DNA of 63,985 nucleotides, the filler included, from Elsinoe ampelina (taxonomy: Eukaryota), in assembly GCA_010093995.1 (NCBI GenBank). It is 4 parts of 3 records of this genome, joined end to end, with 100 filler letters (N's around TTAATTAATTAA, not from the genome) between each part and the next. Parts side by side here need not be neighbours in the genome. Positions count along the whole stretch, not along the records: positions 38,390 to 62,225 come from ML992514.1; positions 62,326 to 63,985 come from ML992638.1; 2 more parts are not named here. One strand, 5' to 3'. Position 1 is the first letter of the stretch; each line of letters begins with the position of its first letter. Positions 58,579-63,985 of this stretch are shown one piece after another. The translations under genes and the position numbers were made by a program. Under the pieces are notes generated by a model. It did not search any database and was not told the DNA's origin. It saw nothing but the letters and a program-made list of their open reading frames with translations.

Positions 58579-61315
58579 CTACTCCTCCCACCTCCTCCAG
58601 TCGCCCGTCCCCACCGCCCCCCTGCTCTCGGTCCAAAATTCCACCCCAAACCCCTCCTCCTCTAGACTCTTGGCCGTAAAACTCCTCTCAATCACCAACC
58701 ACAGATCCCCCTCCCTACTCATCGCAGGATTAAGATCAATCTCCTCGGTTCTCACGCCGCCCAGACTATCCGCGTACTCGCCATCCGAACTCCTCGCCAG
58801 GATGACATGCTGGTACGCCGTGCCCTGCACGACCGACACGCGGATCAGGCTGCGCTCTTGCTGCTCCTCTTCGACATCGGCAGGGAGTTGTCTCGCTACC
58901 GCCACGAAGCGGGTGAGACGCTGCGGAAGGAGCAGGATGGCGTGGGCTTGGTCTTCGTTTGCGAATGATGCGGGCTCGATGGTGGTGCGTAGGCGGCCGG
59001 CGCCTTCGCTGGGCAGAAGCCGTAAGGTGACAGGCGCGTTGGAGTCGACGCGGAGCGTGAAGCGGCCTGTTTGACCTGTTTCGAAGGTGGAGCAGACGAT
59101 GGTGTAAGTACCGGCGTCGAGGAGAGGGTGTTTGGCTAGGGCGCAGGACGGGCGGTATTGTGCGCTGTCGGCGAGGATGTCGCGGGTCCGGACAGAGTGG
59201 ATGCGAGGCGTGGTGGCGGGGAAGCAGAGTTTGACGTTGACAGGCAGGGTGGGGTCCACGGTGTCGAGGAGGATGGACAAAGGGGTCGGACGGGTGAGGG
59301 TGATCGTATATTGGGGGTTCTGAGAGAAGATGGGGGAGCTGGTGTTGCCCCCCGCGGTGTCTTCAGTCCATGACCCGGGAAGGGAGGTGGAGTGGGAGAA
59401 GGCATCAGTCGCGAGGGAGAGATTAATGGGAGAGCAGGCGAAGGTGGAGAGCGTAAAGGTATTCTTCGCAAGTGGGAGTCCATCTTGGTCTGGGACGACG
59501 GTGTATGTCCGACCGGCTTTGAGGTCGTCGAGGCGGAGCAGATTCTGGAATGAGTCGACCAGAGGTGTGCGGTGGATTGAGTTACCCTTGAGCAGTATTC
59601 GCGACCCATTTGCGTCGTACAATGAGAGTTTGAGATATGCGGAGGAATGATGAGTCTGTCGTTCGCTGCAGAAATGACGGCAGAGAAGCAACCATGCGGT
59701 ACCGCCGCTGTGGACACTGAAAGAAAATTGAGGATTGTTGACGTACGTTCCGGATGAGTTACGGTTTTCGAGATCCCAGGTGAAGTGAATGTCTTCACGA
59801 TGCTTGAACAGACCAGGATTCCAATTGAGGTAGATCGACTCAAAATGCTGCGTCACGGTATTGAGATCCATCCAGAATGTGCCTGGTGACATTTGACTGT
59901 CTGCATTGAGCAAATCCCTTGATGATGGGACGGCATCTTCGTCCAGCTGTGTCGTTGTGCTCGGTCTTCGTGGTCTACTACCTGTCCATGTAGAACCCTC
60001 ACACCAGGGGTTCTTGACAAGCATAAGCTTTTGACCTTGCTCCTCACGCAGATCAAGAACTGCGTAGTCATGCTCGCTCGCCAATCCGATCTCTCGCTCC
60101 GTCTTTGCCGAGAACTTGCCGGTACCGAGCGTGATCATTACATCTCCATACTGGTGGGCCGCCCATACCCGTCTCCAAATATCAAGCGGCGTGGTTTCTT
60201 CACTGTACAACGTTAGTCATGAGTGAACGATTGGTAAATCTTATGCTTACCTCTCTAGAAAGACTTGGTCTGGAATCCACCCTGTGAGAATCCAGAGATC
60301 TGTGGCGGAATTACTGCCGGGAAAGTCGTAGCCTCCACGCACCTTGAGATACATCTTCTCTACAAGTGGAGGCCAGATGAGACTTGGATTGTTCCTGTCG
60401 AGAACATGTATGACTCGTTGCGTTTTGGATACCGGTATCCGATCATCGATCTCCACCCGTCGAAATGCTCCGTTGAAGTTCAATCTTGCGATATACTTTC
60501 CATTGGCTGATGCTCGGGGTAGCTGCAATTGATTGTCGTATGGAAACAGTATTTTGCCCATCAACTGCAAGATTCAATTTCAGTAAGTCGCGAGTCAACG
60601 TGTACTTACCCTCGAATGACCCTTTTGAGCCCGAGCGACACCTGCACACATACTGGCAACAACTGAGCAATCGGTCGCTGCATCCTGAACAAAGTCGATT
60701 GCTTCTGTCGGCAGCATGGTAGCCTTTGGACGTGGTCGACCATGTGATTTCCACGTCGGAGGCGGCAGTGCTTCATGAGGTCTTTTCCATCCTTCCAGTG
60801 ACGCGTTTTGAGTATGAGAGAGGTTGAATTGAGTATCATCGAGGAAGAGATTCTCGCCAGGCTTGAGCTCGAACTCGGCTTCGAGTGGTGTCGCTTTCCA
60901 TGGCGGAAACTTGCTTCCATTGACATAGGACGCCTTGAGAATGATGATTTGTTCGGCTTTGGACAATTGGCGTGTCGATGCAGGCTCACGAAGCTCTCTC
61001 GGCTTGGGAGCGTCACTAGGAAGATTGACACCGAAGACGGAATTCCGATTGGAAGAGGTCCATATTCCAGATGTCTTGATTGACTCTGCCCTATCCAGTA
61101 GGCGTTTGACTTCATTGTTGGCGGCCTTCTTGGATGTTGCATCTTTGCACAGTTTAACCCGACTCATGGCCTTTTCGGCCTCTGCCAGCACCAAGTCAAG
61201 GGCGGCATCTTTGGTCTTCGCTCGTTCTAGCGCGATATCTAGCTGCTAATCCAGTCAGGGTCAGTAGAGGGGTAGACGCGAGACCACATACATGTTCTGA
61301 GGAATGTGATGCCAT
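58579..61315 (-). CDS. palB: Calpain-like cysteine protease PalB/Rim13 (ambient pH signalling), 4 exons
   Basis: QDAATDCSVVAS (Cys), HDYAV (His), KNPW (Asn), GGYDFPGSNS; short first exon MASHSSEH 61315-61292. Confidence 0.93.
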
Positions 61316-61630
61316 AATACATGGGAAGGACTAATAATCACGCCTACCTGCTCGGTCTCTTGCTGCTCTGGTGTTATGAGCTTTATGTCACTTTGTGAGA
61401 CTTTGAAATCCCGTTGACAGCACAGCCGAGTGGGTCGTCGCTGCCGGCTTGATGCATGTCGTAAAGTCAACCAGCAATTTGGACAGACTCCCCAACGCTG
61501 CTTCTGGTCCCTTGGTCGAGGATGTTGTCTTCGCCAAGATCCCCACATGTCCCGCTTCATCAAAGGTCCAAGCTCTCATCGTTTCCGGCTTCTGCTCCGC
61601 AATCGCCGAAAGTTTCATGGGCCTCGGTTG

Positions 61631-61890
61631 TGTTGACTTGTGTGGGGGAGGAAAAAGGATTGATTACTGCCTAAACCACCAAAATGAGGTGGATTGTAAC
61701 TACATAAATACTTAACCTGGTGTACTAAAAGATAGCTAAATCAAAAGAACTCCTTAATAGCAACAGATTAAGACAATAACCATCTAATTTAATTATAAAT
61801 TAGTAGAGTAGTAGATAAGTATTTAGTTCCACTAGGGGATAAACTAAATCAGGGTCCTTCTTAGCGCTCTAGCTTATACCTCGGTTAACA
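61631..61890 (-). repeat. Copia-A 3' LTR (260 bp), minus strand
   Basis: Reverse complement of the 751-1010 family; PPT complement caccccttta at 61891-61900. Confidence 0.92.
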
Positions 61891-62225
61891 CACCCCTTTA
61901 CTAAATAGCTGTAAGGCTATTATAGCTAGTTAGTAGACTACTAACTTAAGGGATAGCTATTATAAGAAGGCCTTATACCTTCTAGGTAGTAATAACTTAG
62001 TTAATCTATTAGCTAAGGTGTCTACTAATAGTGTCTATGTTACTAAGATAGGGCTAGATAGATCTCTAGCTAGATTAATCTCTTGTCTTAGCTAGTAATA
62101 ATAGATATTAACATAATAAAGATATATATTAAGCTTCTTAATTAGACTAGTAATAAGGCCAATTGTTTACTAATTATTACACTAAATGCTAATATACTTA
62201 AGGGGATAGATAGGGGCTATTAGCC
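61891..62225 (-). mobile_element. Copia-A 3' internal region (RNase H end), RIP-mutated
   Basis: Reverse complement aligns to about 427-750 with one 12-nt indel. Confidence 0.9.
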
Positions 62226-62325
62226 NNNNNNNNNNNNNNNNNNNNNNNNNNNNNNNNNNNNNNNNNNNNTTAATTAATTAANNNNNNNNNNNNNNNNNNN
62301 NNNNNNNNNNNNNNNNNNNNNNNNN

Positions 62326-63985
62326 CTTTAATTACTAGTAAGCTAGAAAGACTTACTATTAATAATATATCTACTACTAGTTTAACCTCGAGTAAATATA
62401 GAAGGTCTCTTAGTATAGAGAAGAGATAAAGTAGACCTAAGCTAGAGGTAGAACTCTTCTATAGAGACTACGCCTACTTAAGGCACTTCCTTATTTAACT
62501 TAAAGCCTTCTTTACTCTAGAGAGAGATAAATACGCTAACGATATAGTAAAGGTTCTCTATACTAGAATATACCTTAAAGGCGCTACCTTTAGGTAGTTT
62601 AAGCCTTATATAAGTAGCTACCTAGACGGATAACTAAGTCTAGATATAAAGGCTATCTTTAAGAGTTTTAGTATCTTCTAAGCGAAGATTAAGTAAGTCT
62701 TTAATATATCTAATAAAGAATATATTACTATAATAAAGATTTAATAACTATAATAACGTAGGTCTATAGCTTAGTACTATTTCTAGTTCTAATAACTTAT
62801 AATATACCTAGACTAGGATAATAGTACTAAATATTTAGTATTCTACTAAGGACTAAGCGACTTAGTTAAAGACTAAATAATACCTAAGTTGCCTAATAGC
62901 CTCTAAGAACTAGTAGATACTATAATTACTATTAATAACTAACTTTACGAACGATATATAGAACATTATAGAGAATATAAGGCAAATACTAGATATACGT
63001 GTCTCTCTTAGAACTATAGAGACTCTATAGAACTTAACGCTATACGCGAAGGTTACCTCTTATAGGTAAAAGACTAAGGTTATAGAGGAAAGTTCCTTAG
63101 TAGAAAAGAGAGAGAGAAGTATAGATAAGACAATTTATATTTTAAGTGTAAAAGACCTAGGTATTAAGCTAGGGACTACTAGTAAGAAGCGCTAGCTAAT
63201 AAATTACATATAATAGTTACTAAGCTAGTAAAGAAAAAGGCTAACACTACTATAGAAGACCTAACGACCTTTAGCGTAGATAAGGAAATATAGAAGAAGT
63301 CTACGACGACTTAAGAGATAAGAAAATCCTCTCTAGATATTATACTTAATATCTCTATAACTAATAGTAAATAATAAAGCTAATACGCGACGCTATTATA
63401 GATAGTATACTATAATAACTCTTATTATATTTACTTATTAGATAAGTAAGGATCTAGTTAGTTTCTATATAAGCTATCTAAGCGTAGGTAACTAACGAAA
63501 TAGCTAGACTAGAGACCTAACCTAGAAGAGTTCTCTATAATTAGTAGTAAAACTAACTAACTATAGAAGGTAGTTAGCGATAATTACTAATATATAATTA
63601 TTAAGACGAAGTATTAGGACGCAAGTACTATACAATAATATAGTAGTCTTACCTTTAGCTCTTATAGTAAACTATAAGGAAAGGTATATTATATATCGCT
63701 CTAGAAATATATAAATCTAAATTATAAATAGTACTATTCTATCTACTTATATAATGTACTTAGAGAAGACGCTATTAGTCTCGAATATACTATAGACTTC
63801 TTAGTAATCGAGATAGATAGTACTATTCCCTATAGCTAAGTATAAGAGTATACTCGGTATAGCCTTACTAACTATAACTATACTAGGGGTAGTAGTAACA
63901 AAGAGAAATATAATAAGAAATACACTAAACAACTATAGTATAATAATATAGATAAGGACTTATCTAATAATAATAATATACCGCT
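62326..63985 (+). mobile_element. Second copy of the RIP-mutated gypsy element (gag region)
   Basis: Collinear with about 32152-33812, differing mostly by C/T and G/A transitions. Confidence 0.93.

Overview
Gene-dense chromosome segment of a filamentous ascomycete (short GT-AG introns, strong RIP signature; Dothideomycete-like by inference). Two GC-balanced gene blocks (about 1.0-31.1 kb and 41.8-61.6 kb) are bounded by AT-rich RIP-mutated LTR retrotransposon islands: two Ty1/copia families and a chromodomain-bearing Ty3/gypsy family, with assembly gaps. Recognisable genes: AAA ATPase, MRPL24, ISA1, a Dabb protein absent from the ORF track, DSC3, an amino-acid permease, PHO8, UTP22, an FBXO21-like F-box gene, GPI1, a chromate transporter, a Nif3-like small protein, AMMECR1, a WLM protease, palB, two secreted proteins and a large PNP_UDP-NB-ARC-TPR NLR-like gene. 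Most interesting signals: (1) the gypsy element carries an extra antisense ORF that de-RIPs to a Zn(II)2Cys6-spaced Cys cluster plus coiled coil; (2) a 90-aa membrane ORF ends 13 nt before the GPI1 start, with a 4-codon ORF overlapping that start (ATGA), suggesting a bicistronic or reinitiation unit; (3) about nine abrupt C-rich to G-rich skew inversions cut through exons and introns regardless of gene strand; (4) the NLR has a 21-nt heptad array upstream, one in-frame TAG inside its long tail, and an inverted MITE pair at its 3' end. Gene models were spliced by eye and no database search was run.
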